56,556 bases of DNA, filler included, from Sphacelaria rigidula (GCA_964200075.2; 4 parts of 4 records of this genome joined end to end with filler, not necessarily neighbours in it), one strand, 5' to 3'; positions 37,312-49,575 are shown, counted from the whole stretch's first letter. Notes: a model not told the origin generated them from the sequence alone. Made by a program: numbers and translations.

Positions 37312-37642
37312 GGTTCATCGCACAAATGCGAAAAACTTTACGCCGTTTCAAGGAGTTAGACCCTGAAAATTTGCACAACTGTGCCATGGGTCATTACACA
37401 ACTATGCATGGACGAGGTTCATTTTTTTTTATTCACTGTTTTACGGGGGTCCGGCTGGATCGAAGTTGCCCCGAAAAAACTGGGACCCGGGAAAAACGGT
37501 AAAAAAGTCAAGAGGTATGAAAAAGCCTCGACCTCGGAAAGTTGCGTAATGACCTGTAGAACACCTGTGCAAATTTTCAGGGTCTAATTCCTCAAAACGG
37601 CGTGAAGTTTTGTCGATGAGTGTTTTTTTTTTGCCATGAACC
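37312..37642. mobile_element. Palindromic MITE-like element; related degenerate sequence at ~36940-37150
   Basis: aaaactttacgccgttt..tagaccctgaaaatttgcaca pairs with tgtgcaaattttcagggtctaa..aaacggcgtgaagtttt. Confidence 0.72.
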
Positions 37643-37649
37643 AGCCTGC

Positions 37650-39310
37650 AAGACCAATTTGTATGGCAGCCAATCCCAAATCTGGCCGGACCCGAATCTG
37701 TGCCTAATCGGGGGGACCCAGATTCGTGAACCTCAGAGTCGTGTGCACCCTGTATGGTTCACAGGCTTGTTGAAATTGTTCTGTACACGAACGGTCAAGC
37801 CGAAGAATAAGCAGGCAGGGAATCATCCCACAAGAGCAGCATCGTACCGTGATACCCTGGGGTATGATGCAGTGCAGCACACTCCACAATCACAGCACAC
37901 GATAATGCCGTGTGGTGATACATGATGGTACAGTCGGTATTGCGAAAACAGTGTGCGGCAAGAGTTCACGAGTGCAGTGTCATTCATCACCTTGCAACAA
38001 CCGCGACAGTAGAGTGTAGGATAGTACAGTACCGTTCGTAATGACGATGCATACAGCAGCACAGTGCAGCATAAAGTTTTGCCATCACCGCAGGGTACGG
38101 CGTCAACACTTCTTATCCGCTTGTCAAACCCTGTGCGGAGCTGCTCCAGCAGCCGGCGCTTGCAGGCACTGCCTGTGCTGTCACGTGACCGTCTGCTGCT
38201 GTTGTTGCAAAAATGCCAAACGCCTGTTGCCCCATCACTGTACGTCAACATACGTACGTCAGTTGCTACAGATTGGGGGGACCTCGACTTTTCACGCGTC
38301 TGAGCTCAGATTCGTGTAACCCCGTTCTCAAATCGTGACAAACGAATCTGAGCCTCCCCGATTTGTGCCAAAGTGGGGTCCATAGACCATTTTGTACGGC
38401 AGTCGAAAAAACGGATCTGTAGGCAAATAGGGGGACCTCAGATCCGGAAACGTATTGTATGGACCCCGATTTGGCACAAATCGGGGAAGCTCAGATTCGT
38501 TTGTTACGATTTGAGACGGTTTTACACGAATCTGAGCACAGGTCCGTGGAAAATCGTGGTCCCCCGAATAAGTGGCAAGTGACGTACGTATGTCGACGTA
38601 CAGTGATGGGGCAACAGGCGTTTGGTTTTTTGTAACAACAACAGCAGACAGTCTCGTGACAGCATAGACGGTGCCTGCGAGCGCCGGCTGCTGGGGAAGC
38701 TCCGCACGGGGTTTGACAAGTGGATAAGAGGTGTTGACGCCGTACCTGCGGTGATGGCAAAACTTTATGCTGCACTGTACTGCTGTATGCATCATCATAA
38801 CGAACGGTAGTGTACAATCCTACATACACTCTGCTGTCGCGGCACTTGCAGGGTGATGAATGACACTGCACTCGTGAATTCTTGTCGCACACAGTGCACT
38901 GTTCTCGCAATGCCGAATGTATCATCATGTATTATCACGCGGCATCACCGTGTACTGTGATCGCGCGGTGTACTTCACAACATTACACCCTAGGGTACTA
39001 TGGTACGACGTTGCTCTTGAAGGATGGTTCCCTGCCTGCCTGTTCTTCGGCTACGCTACTGTGATACCACACCCGCCCAGAAAATGGATGTTCGTGTACA
39101 GAACAGTTTCAACGAAAATCTGTGAAGCCACACAGGGGTACACACGAATGTGAGTTTCACGAATCTGGGTCCCCCCGATTTGGCACAAATTCGAGTCCCG
39201 GCAGATTCGGGAGTGGCTGCCATAGAAAGTGGTCATACAATGCGTTTCCGGATCTGAGATCCCCTGATCTTCGTACAGATCCATTTTTGCGACTGCCATA
39301 CAAGTCGGTT
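37650..39310. mobile_element. Two adjacent, oppositely oriented copies of a 0.75-0.9 kb non-coding element (1.6-kb quasi-palindrome)
   Basis: ~37663-38384 is the diverged reverse complement of ~38457-39222, with mirror ORFs HTA(A/V)QCSIKFCHHRR on both strands. The spacer 38385-38460 is itself inverted at ~39230-39307. Confidence 0.82.
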
Positions 39311-39437
39311 TAACAGCAGCAGTGGCACAAGCCAGATGGTCATACAAAGCAAGCTAGTCGTAGGAAAGCACTGTGCTCTGTGCTCTGTGCTCCTGCTGTC
39401 CATCACATGAGCCCGATATCACGAGCCCGTGGTCTGC

Positions 39438-39607
39438 AAGGGTGCGTCATCTCACCACATTTATCGTATCGTATCGTATCGTATCATATCCCATCGAACG
39501 TATCGTTATTGTTATCGTTATCGTTTTATCGAAATGTTGTCGATACGATAACGATAATTTCGATAGGGTACGATATATCGAAACTTTCGATATGATATCC
39601 AACACTA
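39438..39607. repeat. Small element containing a (CGTAT)n microsatellite and ATCG-rich inverted motifs
   Basis: tatcgtatcgtatcgtatcgtatc followed by cgatacgataacgata..tcgaaactttcgatatgatatccaacacta. Confidence 0.6.
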
Positions 39608-40725
39608 GTCTGTACAGACAATATTGTACAGTTATGGGTAGGAAGGGAGGCCGATTTGGGGTACTATATTCATGGAAAGTGCAAGCTGAGCGCTACATGC
39701 GTCACAAGTGGTCGGTAATCGAACGAATCATATCAATGGAAAATACACGCGTCACCTACAAATGACGATTTGGCTCGAAAAAATCAAGTATCCTTCTAGT
39801 ACATTTATTCAAGCCTGGGAGTGGTCGGTGTCGAGGTGACTTTGTTCCTCCGGAAAGCTCGCTTCACATCAGTAAATGGACAATCTTGTTGCACTAGCTA
39901 ATAGTGTCCTTCCCCTGTCTGTACCAGTCGAGAGGTACACGCCCGCGAGCTGCCATCCCACGTTTACCGTCATTGCGAAATAACAAAGAAAAAGCACGAA
40001 CAGCAGCTGTTGTGGCCGCTACACACCAACGTAACTGCAGTGAAACGCGTGCCTGACATGGTGCTGGAACGAGATAGTACGGAAATTTGGAGATGATGAG
40101 CAACAGCGTCGCGCATCAGAAAGCTACTAAGAACAATGCTGATGATGTTGGCGATCAAGAGGTTCATGCTGTGCGGATTGGCTACGCGCTGCATGTCCTA
40201 CACACCGCTATGACTGCGGGATTGGAGAGGGAAATTCTCATGGGCTCCATGGGGTCAGGGTCACGTCATGAGTGGAAGGAATCCCATCTTGTCAGTCGCT
40301 TGGGCACGGTCTGGTTCTCTCTGTCCAGATCAACATCTTCAACGTCATTTTCTCGCTATTTTCAGTATGCACGAATATGTGTACAGGCAGTCACTTGAAA
40401 CATCGTGGCTCTGCCGACCTAGGCATACATCGTGCGCAGTCTGAAATCAAAATCACTCTTTGCGCCTTGGCTTCTCCGCTGAAACCCTCAGACACAACAG
40501 CCGAAGTTCATGTGTGACCTCACTCTCTGTAACTCAATACATGAAGGGTACTCGCTGTTGAAAGGCGAAGTTGCCCTCCGTGCACAGCCGTACAGAACAA
40601 AGCAGCAGCACCTGGTGGCCTGCCACAAAGTGAAAAACGAAGCTTCTCAAACATTTCATAGTTTGCATCTCATTCTGATACGATTAATATTATAGTATAC
40701 AAGGGCTTCGGACGCGGGGGCCTAC

Positions 40726-40942
40726 GGCCCCCTCGTCCTTCGGTGTACTGTGGTGTCATGACGTTTAGACTTGTGAGAAATGTTACCAAGAGTGACGGTG
40801 ATGTTGGAAAGAAGGAGAACAGACTTGGCAGGAGGCCCCCGCGTCCTTTGGTGTACTGTAGTCTCATGACGTTGAGACTGGTGAGAAATGTTACGAAGAG
40901 TGACGGTGATGTTGGAAAGAAGGAGGACAGATTTGGTGGGAG
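40726..40942 (+). repeat. Tandem duplication, 2 x ~108 bp
   Basis: ggtgtactgt..tcatgacgtt..gtgagaaatgttac..aagagtgacggtgatgttggaaagaaggag occurs twice. Confidence 0.85.
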
Positions 40943-41312
40943 AAGTTTGTGGCGTGTAGATGAACACCTGTCGTGTAAACGGGTGCAACGTTGTTGCGGT
41001 TGCTTGAAAGCTGCACGAAAGAGCGACGATCGAAAGCCGTTCAATTAAAATCTTGAAATCCAAAGTCTTCAATTCATGTAGACTTACGTCTCGAGTTGAA
41101 TTGAGAACCACATCGGAGCCGGAAATGTGAAGGACTGTGGATGAAGGAAAGCACAGTTGATGTCAACATGACAACAATTTACGGATAACGATCTAACTAC
41201 AACGTTAGAAGCTAAAACGCCGTTTAGGACGACGAAAAGAACGTTCAGAAGCTATCGTAATATTTAGCTACTGTTGAAGGTCAGCTGCCGACGTTCAACA
41301 GTAGCTAAATAT

Positions 41313-41960
41313 CAGGGATGTGTACGGAGGACAATCCGCTCCGCGGTGCGGATTTTTTTTTTCGAAACCTCACGGAGCGGAGCGGGGCGGAGCGGGGCGG
41401 ATATCCGTATGTGTGGAAAATCACGGATTACGACGGTGCGGATATCCGCCACTGAAAATGTCACGAATTATTGCGGAGCGGATATCCGCCAACGAAAATG
41501 TCACGGTGCGGTGAGGATTTTTTTTACATGGTACGGAGCGGAGCGGATATCCGTCGGTGGGGAGCGGAGCGGGGCGGATATCCGTATATGTGGAAAATCA
41601 CGGATTACGACGGTGCGGATATCCGCCACTGAAAATGTCACGAATTATTGCGGAGCGGATATCCGCCAACGAAAATGTCACGGTGCGGTGCGGATTTTTT
41701 TTATATGGTACGGAGCGGAGCGGATATCCGTCGGTGGGAAAAGTCACGGGTTTTCACGGGGCGGATATCCGCCAATGAAAATGTCACGGATTATTGCGGA
41801 GCGGATATCCGTGGCATGGATTTTTTCACGGAGCGGATTGCCCGCCTCCGTGGAACAATCCGCACAAACCGCGGCAATTCCCCGCGGTGCACCGTCGCAG
41901 TAATCCGTGAAACCGATACGGGTATCCGCGAAAAATGTATGGATATCCGCGGATTAATAC
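41313..41960 (+). mobile_element. CGGATATCCG-rich non-autonomous element with an internal ~178-bp tandem duplication
   Basis: Starts CAGGGATG (hAT-like left end) and has many palindromic GCGGATATCCG motifs. ~41385-41562 repeats at ~41563-41740. No matching right TIR seen. Confidence 0.7.
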
Positions 41961-42317
41961 CAAAAAGTACGAAAGTAGTTGTTTTGCTTTGACTTCCAGC
42001 TGCTGGACAGGGGGGACGGGGGATTAAATAGCGCACATGTAAGGTCGAATCCCTTGAAGAAAAAAAAAATCAATCGAGAATAATGAACAGTACACATTTG
42101 AATTTTGAATGTCACTCTACAGGACAGGGTGACGGGGGGCGGGGTGGCAGACGCGCAACAGCAGCAGCGCTAGACCCAGGACTACGGCTATCCACCACAA
42201 CAAAGAGCATGGAATACATTCCTCAAGAATGACGTCAATAGCAGCACATTAGTTTCCAACTGAAAAGGGAGATCTTGACCCCAAGGTCGAATTACGCCTT
42301 CCAGCTCGAGGCGCACG

Positions 42318-42320
<3 letters not shown>

Positions 42321-42372
<52 letters not shown>
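42321..42372. repeat. (GT)n microsatellite
   Basis: Direct reading. Confidence 0.95.
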
Positions 42373-42373
<1 letters not shown>

Positions 42374-42393
42374 GCGGTTTGCATGTTCACAGC

Positions 42394-42493
42394 NNNNNNN
42401 NNNNNNNNNNNNNNNNNNNNNNNNNNNNNNNNNNNNNTTAATTAATTAANNNNNNNNNNNNNNNNNNNNNNNNNNNNNNNNNNNNNNNNNNNN
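42394..42493. other. Artificial 100-bp scaffold spacer
   Basis: N44-TTAATTAATTAA-N44. Confidence 0.98.
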
Positions 42494-42564
42494 AGAGAAA
42501 GAAAAAAAAAAAGACACCCCCCCACTCACCCCGAAGACACAGGGCGGGCGCCCACACGACAGCG

Positions 42565-42616
<52 letters not shown>

Positions 42617-43708
42617 CGCCAATTCACAGGGAATAAGTCAATAGGGTACGTCATATGAAATCAGAGACAGTAGCCAGGACATGGTAAGCTGTATCACCGC
42701 GGTATATGTACAAATGATCACGCGTCAAATGGTGATAATCTTTAGTTAGATGGGTGGATGACGACACAACCATAATAATGACAACCAACGATTCATTTTT
42801 TCACAGGGGCTCCTCAATTGTTCGCTCTTGGAACTTGAACGTTTTCGGAAATCACATGTATATATATTTACATATGTCTAGAAACCATAAGCTTCCAATC
42901 CTTCATCGCAAAAGCTATGGTTACTGCTGTGACTTTCTTCTGAATTGAAAGTCCCTTTGACGAGAGTTGATAATCGTCACCTTGGCTGTCTTGCTCCATT
43001 CCTGAAGATAGGTACACATGAACCTACTACCCTCACCCTACGACGGGACATGCGTCCGATTTCCGCATAGAGTACATAGTTTTTGAAGTACTATTTGCAG
43101 CCATGTACATCAACGAATGTAACAGTTTTGTCCGAGATTTTTTTTCTGGAAAATAACCAATGGAAATATAAAACAAATGATCGAATTATTGAAACGGGTG
43201 CACAGACGAGAGCCGAGCAAGATATACACACATTCACTGTTGGCAATACATCATGCATGACATCCTCAGTACGAGAAAAAGGACGAAAGAAGAAGGAAGC
43301 GACGGAGCGAGGGCAGCGGCGGAACAAAAACTGGAATCTTTATTCTGGCCTCTGTCGCCGGGAGCAACCGCAAAATATGTGGGGCCATCTTCCAGTGTGT
43401 ATAATACGCCAGCGTATCATACTCCACTGCGTGTTTGGCAACGGAAGGGTAGGGTGGACCCCGTACATGACAGGCATCATGTTTCAATTAGCACACTTCC
43501 TACCCCTCCCCTTCCTAAGGACGAGGCCATCAATCCACATCTCCCACCCGGTACACACCTTGCAATTTGGTATCGCGGATTGGATCATAACTATCAGTAA
43601 CCCCCGCCCCACACACACACCGCGTCGGCTCTCGTCAAAGCGAATTTCTTTTGCTGAGAGTATTCACGCCCCCCCCACATTTCGAAGCGGCGGAAAATCA
43701 GACAAATC

Positions 43709-43878
43709 CACACCTTGGACAACACAGGGTCAATAGTTGCAATAGACGAGAAACGTAATGCAAAAACTACAAACCTATTGCGACTATTGTGGGCCGGCGA
43801 TAGTTGCAATCTGCCTATACTTTATACAGTACACTTCTCGTCTATTGGATCTATTGACCATATATTGTCCAGGGTGTG
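43709..43878. mobile_element. 170-bp palindromic MITE, copy 2
   Basis: CACACCTTGGACAA...TTGTCCAGGGTGTG. Confidence 0.82.
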
Positions 43879-43898
43879 AGCAATTCTAAAAAACAGAT

Positions 43899-43935
43899 CA
43901 GAACAGAACAGAACAGAACAGAACAGAACAGAACA
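43899..43935. repeat. (CAGAA)n microsatellite
   Basis: Direct reading. Confidence 0.9.
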
Positions 43936-44129
43936 AGAAATGCATCTTCCGACCTAAATATAGCTCCACTTGTCCCATTGAACTACCGGGGCGCAGGGGC
44001 AAGACCTCAAGTTACAGTCTGTAGGACCGAAGCTCGTAACAGTAGGGCTGCGACTGCACTGCGCCAACTTGACAGGGGGTCTCAATGGGTTTAATTTCCA
44101 CACTGCCTTGAGCCAAGCCCACATGGCTG

Positions 44130-44205
44130 CCGCGAGGCGGTTGAGCCAAGCCTCAGGGTAATCGGCACACGAACCCATTCGCGGGGAAGGCGTTTAGGTG
44201 AGGTG
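44130..44205 (-). repeat. Short dispersed repeat; oppositely oriented copy at ~50007-50080
   Basis: cgcgaggcggt..agcc..gggtaatcggcacacgaaccc is the reverse complement of gggttcgtgtgccgattaccc..ggct..accgcctcgcg. Confidence 0.7.
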
Positions 44206-44461
44206 AAAAAAAAAAAGTGCAGAAAAAAAAATCAAGGGGAAAAAAAAAGAGCAGTACTGTAGTCTATCCATCATGTTTACGGACAACAATTGAGAACTAG
44301 ATGAACAAGAGAACGAGCCAGGAAAAAAATCGTTGGAAAGCACACACGCGCTCGAAACAGGAGACGAATAGCGTACAGGAAGGCGTCAAGGACGAGGAAG
44401 CGGTAAAGTAAGAAAAAAAAAAATGACGCTCCCCTAATGTAGTGCTTGCTTACTCACTCAC

Positions 44462-44539
44462 CATTCTCTTCAACATTCGATCGGCAACCACCTGCGGAAT
44501 CACGCCCGCAGAAGGATCTTCCTCCGTAGCTTTCTTTGC
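44462..44539 (-). CDS. PAM68: PAM68-family (DUF3464) PSII assembly protein, exon 3 (gene 3'-incomplete)
   Basis: AKKATEEDPSAGVIPQVVADRMLKRM, then donor GTGAGT. IPxVVxxRMxxRM is the PAM68/Sll0933 motif preceding the first transmembrane helix. Confidence 0.82.
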
Positions 44540-45239
44540 CTTTTTTTTGTACAGCGTGAGAGAGGCCACCACCAAACAAAACAACAAAACAGCACAGGAA
44601 AAAAAAAAGGGGGGGGGGGGGAAAATCACCCAAAAAAAAAAAAACGCGGGACCAAAAAAACAGGGAAGGAATAAAGGTAAGGCGGGCAATAAACNNNNNN
44701 NNNNTTTTTTTTGCTTTTTTTTTTAACAGCATAAGAGAAGCCACCACCAAAAAAAACAAAAAAAAAACAAAGAAAAAAAAAAGGGGGGGGGGGGGATAAT
44801 CACCCAAATAAAAAAAAGCACGTGCTCTGAATTCGAACTAATTAATACGAGTTCGCGCGAAATTAAATAAACTCAACCATGGCTGAACAAACGAGATAGG
44901 ACAGCAAGCAAGCCATGCGCTGCAACGTCCGAAGCAAAAGAATAATGTAGAAACGAACAAAAATAATGCTGCATGCGGGGGAGGGCTGATTCGAACCCTG
45001 CTCCATTTAACAAATTCCGTACCGACACCGTATCCCTGTTAACCCTGTGACCGCGAGGGTAGGTCACCTGCTGAATCGGTATCAATATTCACTTGAAAAA
45101 CTTATGCATAATCCAGAATAAATGGGACGACAACACAGATGGACTACCAGCACCGCGGCCTACGGCTTAAGACTAACCTAACGTCACTTGCAGCTTTTGG
45201 CAAGTACAGTTCATCTCAGTTCGGCTATAATATACCCAT

Positions 45240-45531
45240 GGTTGATACTACTTGATGTGAGTGTAAACACCGAGATTTGGATCTTTAGTGGCACTGATCG
45301 TGCCGCGTGCTTGTTGTTGATATTACTTGATTTGAATGCGAACACCGAAATTAGGATCTTCAGCGGGGCTGACAGTCCCGGGTGCTTGATGTCGATATTA
45401 CTTGATTTGAATGTCAACACCGAGATTTGGATCTTTAGCGGGGCTGACAGTTCCCGATGCTTGTTGTTGATATTACTTGATTTGAATCTAAAGACTGAGA
45501 TTAGGATCTTTAGCGACAGTCCCGAGTGCTT
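45240..45531 (+). repeat. 75-bp minisatellite, 4 units
   Basis: t(t/c)gata(t/c)tacttgat(t/g)tga at 45242, 45317, 45392 and 45467. Confidence 0.88.
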
Positions 45532-45543
45532 CCTAGAGTTGCG

Positions 45544-45660
45544 CAGAACGCGTTTTCGTCAAAATCGGTGCCGCAGGCGCCGATTTGAGGTCTGCCACCG
45601 CACCCATTGCCTAGAGCACCCTCTGCAACCCCCATTGCCCGAGGGTTCTCGGTATGTCTT
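45544..45660 (+). repeat. Dispersed repeat shared with 21308-21420
   Basis: See 21308-21420. Contains the hairpin aaatcggtgcc-gca-ggcgccgattt. Confidence 0.7.
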
Positions 45661-46450
45661 GCATGCCGACGGTAGGGTAGGATTGGGGTTTTAGGATCAG
45701 CGTTGTTTATAAAATGTGCTTTATTAGTAGGCCGTGTCTTACCGAGGCCAGGAACAGAGTCGAGAAACGGGACAAGCGTCCAAGAGCAGCATGTCGATTG
45801 ATCGCCGGGCGGGTCTATGGTTGCGGCGATAAAAAGTCTCAACGTGCTGCTCTTGGACGCTTGTTCCTTTTTCCCGCTTTTTATTTTATTTTTTTAGCCT
45901 CGGTAATAAACGGCCTCAATCATGGGTAGATTGTACAGTATAGCCGAACTGGGGCAACCCCCCCCCCCTCCTTCCCACCTCGTTCTGACCGTGCCTCTTT
46001 TGCCGAATGCTCGTTCTTGTCGTGTGTTGACAAACAGAAACACGTGCGTACAACAAAACTTAACGCACGGCAACAACAAAACCCAGGATTACATTCACCG
46101 TCAAAACATGATTTCCGGTGCGCCACGTCCTCTCCTACTGCAGAGCGATCGGCCGTCTGTTGTGTGTCTATATACTCCGCCCGAAAAAACATACATTGCT
46201 GGTTGGTCAGGAACACTGTAGGCACGTGTTTTCACGACGAAAATGGATGATGTCTCATGTACACCAATGACACTACACCCACGTTTTGCGTCTCGTGCAA
46301 AAAAACACCTCCAAAACTCACTAATTATTTTTTTTCCCCACAATTTATTCTTCTGTGATGGCAGATTTTGATCCGTCTCGCGAGTGTGAATAAAAAAATG
46401 TGAAAACGTGTGGTTTGCCGTGAACAGATCACGCGCGACTCTAAAAACAG

Positions 46451-46451
<1 letters not shown>

Positions 46452-46493
<42 letters not shown>
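46452..46493. repeat. (AAT)n microsatellite
   Basis: Direct reading. Confidence 0.95.
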
Positions 46494-46495
<2 letters not shown>

Positions 46496-46621
46496 CTCGT
46501 GACCCGTACTCGTATATACAACAACACAAACACTTCAGGGCTGGCTGGCTAACCCTAACTTCTCTCGCCGTCAGTATTTCCGCCGGTCATCCGAAAAATC
46601 ATTTGTGACCGTACTGTATGA

Positions 46622-46677
<56 letters not shown>

Positions 46678-47125
46678 CACCCGCGTGGCGTGCGGCGGGT
46701 GGGGGCGGGGCGGAGGAAGAGANNNNNNNNNNCCGCCCGTATTTCCCCCGGTCACCCGAAAAAACATTTGTGACCGTACTGTTTGACCCCCCCCCCCCCC
46801 CCCTGCCTCCCCCCCTCTTCCCGACAGCACAAGCGACGTGTAGACGGGTACTGACTGTGGTAGAGTGGCGGAACAAACCAGGATATAGTGGCAGTCTCGA
46901 GTGAGAGGGGAGAGGGGAGAGGTTTGATACAGGTTTGATCAAAGCATGGTAGAGTTAGGGTTTGCGCTGGAACCTGTCATGCATGTGTTTGAAAGTCCAA
47001 AGCGCTGTACACGGAGCGATTGACTTTTTTTTTACCTTACTTTCCCCCCGCCCCCCCGCCCCCCCTCCCCCCACCGTCCCCTACCTCCCTTACCGCGCGA
47101 TGGTTACATAGGTGTGCAGCCTTAC

Positions 47126-47204
47126 CTCCATGACACTATCGATACGAGCCTGCCGCTCCGCCTTCCGGGCCGCCTCCGCCTCCTCCATCTCCTTGATAGC
47201 TTTT
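47126..47204 (-). CDS. PAM68: PAM68-family protein, exon 2
   Basis: Acceptor caaccAG, then (R)KAIKEMEEAEAARKAERQARIDSVME, then donor GTAAGG. Phase matches exon 1. Confidence 0.78.
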
Positions 47205-48115
47205 CTGGTTGGTGGTTGTTATTATAATTGGCAAAACAAACAAATATCGCAACAACAAAAAAATGGTGTGTGTATGTGTGTGTGTTGTAAAGATACACTT
47301 CTAGCAACGCAAATATAGTGAGGTGATGCAGGTGAATCTCCGGTTTTCCTGGCGTTTTCTTTCCCGTCTATTTCTTTGGTTTACCCCAAGTTTGCGAGAG
47401 GGTTATGAAGACCAACGAAATACGATAATCGATCACTAAAAATAACGGCACTGGGATTGGTTTTTTTCATATCCTATTTACTGTCAATGAATAGTAACGA
47501 TACCGAGTAATGCCATGATAGCCCCCACCTCCTCCAGAAAAGTCGCTGGTTCAAAGAGTAGAAACCTATATGTGAATCAAAATGACAAAGGCCGAGCACA
47601 TGGAGCAGCTGGAAACTTCTTTGCTTGGGATCGTTTTCGTCAATGCCGTCCATATGAGGGCGCTTCATGCAGTCTAAGACCAGCTATCATGCGCTGTATG
47701 CCTATTTCCCCGTGACAGTTTTTAGGTCGGTTTTTGGGGGTGGTCTATCGCGACATCACTCTATCGCCCATCTCTTAGCCGAGCACTTCGAGAGACCGGT
47801 ACAGTAAGTACAGTTTTGGTATTTCGTTTGATTGGAATTTGGTCGGATCGCAGTGCTACGTGGATTGAATGAAAAACGTGCACTAATTTGCAGGGATTAC
47901 CACCATGTGTCATATAATAGTGGGCACAACTCGCGATACATCGTCAGTTAGAACGGGCTGAAGGAAGGTGAGCATGTTGGGCGGTCAAGCCTGCAGGTGG
48001 CCAGTGTGTAAAACGACCGGTTGTCACCCTGCACGCTACTACTCACCCCAAACCAACGTCACACCGACAAGACACCGGGTTCAAATCACATGCCTCAGAA
48101 AACAAGGCTCTTGCT

Positions 48116-48451
48116 TGGAGCTCGGAAATGGTCTGTCCAACCATTAGCTAGTTCAATGGTACATACTGGTTTGGTCATCGAGCGGCGCAGCCGCGAGCCG
48201 AAAAGCCCCCCGGCAGAGGGGCCCCCGCCGGCAGCGCCGTGCCGGAGGCACGTTTGTACGCGATTTGGCTTTACTAGAGGTGAAGAATACGTTAAATTTG
48301 GGCCAATTTTCAAGGGCTGTATGTAGCATGCGTAGCTGGTAACGGTAAATAATGGTTTGAAACCATTATCCAAAAATTTCATGTAACCGTTACCATTATT
48401 ACCATTATAATGATAGTGGACAGTGATAACTGGTACCATTTCCGAGCTCTA
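48116..48451 (+). mobile_element. hAT-type MITE, copy 2
   Basis: TIRs TGGAGCTCGGAAATGGT / ACCATTTCCGAGCTCTA. TSD CTCTTGCT / CTCTTACT. Confidence 0.9.
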
Positions 48452-49099
48452 CTCTTACTCCTAGCCACGTCGAGGTGTTCTGGCGGTACCAGGGTAGTGA
48501 AATATCCTGCGCTCTACTCCGAAAGGGAAAGAGAGAGGTGTCAGTCTACCTCTCAACCCGTCACACCAAATGTGAGAAAGCAGTCAATATATTCTTTTTT
48601 ATTTGATGCGGACTAGCCTACCGTGGACCGGTGTATACTAAAGCATGGACAGAACGTGCCAAGTAGAGAAGCATGTGCATGCTTCTCAAGCCAATCGGGA
48701 ACTATCTGAAGTCAATCATGCGCGTTTCCGAGGAAATAACATCGTCAGAGTGTGCACAACGACTGGATGAAAACGTTAGGGTTACGAGTACTCCTTGGAG
48801 GCCCGTCATTAAAAAAGGACGGAGGATCAGTCACCTCTGGACAACAACTGCCTAGTTGTCCAGCATACGGCTACTGAATGAGGAACATGTGCGAACAAGT
48901 CACCTGTAGGCGATTGCTGAATGACAAAACCTGTGCGGCAAGTCGCTGTTCTACGACTTCCGAATGGAAAATCTATGCGACTAGTCGCCTACATACAAGT
49001 ACCCAATGAAAACTGTGGGAAACTAGCTGTCTGTAGACAACCGCAGGATGGAGCAGTCGTGCGACTAGTCACCTGTGAACAACTTTCCACACGTCGGAT

Positions 49100-49516
49100 A
49101 GATCAGCTCCCTGTAGCTCGAGCTAGTTATTTTTTTTTGCGCATCTCTCTAGTGGACTATGAGAGCTACGTGAGCTACGCATGTTTTCAAGGGTGAGCTA
49201 CAAGGGCAACATGAGCTGCGCATGTTTGTCCTGGGTGGGCTACCAACCCGTGACTCATCAGCTCATATTCACCCTGGGTGAGCTATGAGAGCTGCATGAG
49301 CTACGCATGCTTGCTCTAGGTGAGCTACCAACCCGTAGCTCATGAGCTAATATTCACCCTGAGTGAGCTATAAGAGCTGCACGAGCTACGCACGTTTGCC
49401 CTCGATGAGCTATGAGAGCAAGGTGAGCTACGCATAGTTGCCCTGGGGGAGCTACCAGACGTGACCCGTCCGCGCATGTTTGCCCTGGTTGAGCTAAATA
49501 GCTACGGGAGCTACAC
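49100..49516. repeat. Degenerate GAGCTA(C/T)-rich tandem array
   Basis: Recurrent gtgagcta, gagctacgca and tattcaccctg blocks. Confidence 0.75.
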
Positions 49517-49575
49517 CTTGTATGTTGAGTCTGTGAATGACTGCTCCTGAAGGTAAGATCTCAAACTCTTCGTGG

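Noticed and set aside
41274..41992. 209-aa ORF with an internal repeat
   Set aside because: It arises from a tandem duplication of palindromic CGGATATCCG motifs. No splice context or recognisable domain.
42567..42615. Long poly-G/poly-C runs as G-quadruplex elements (also 62-91 and 46623-46675)
   Set aside because: They lie at scaffold ends or gaps where run length is unreliable.
44540..44825. Apparent local duplications around 10-N gaps (also ~4840-5040 and ~46570-46810)
   Set aside because: The same sequence is read twice with homopolymer degradation on either side of a gap next to G/C runs. This is an assembly artefact.
45188..45694. ORF with 25-aa Leu-rich repeats suggesting an LRR protein
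   Set aside because: It is the translation of a 75-bp minisatellite, antisense within a PAM68 intron, and lacks the LRR consensus.
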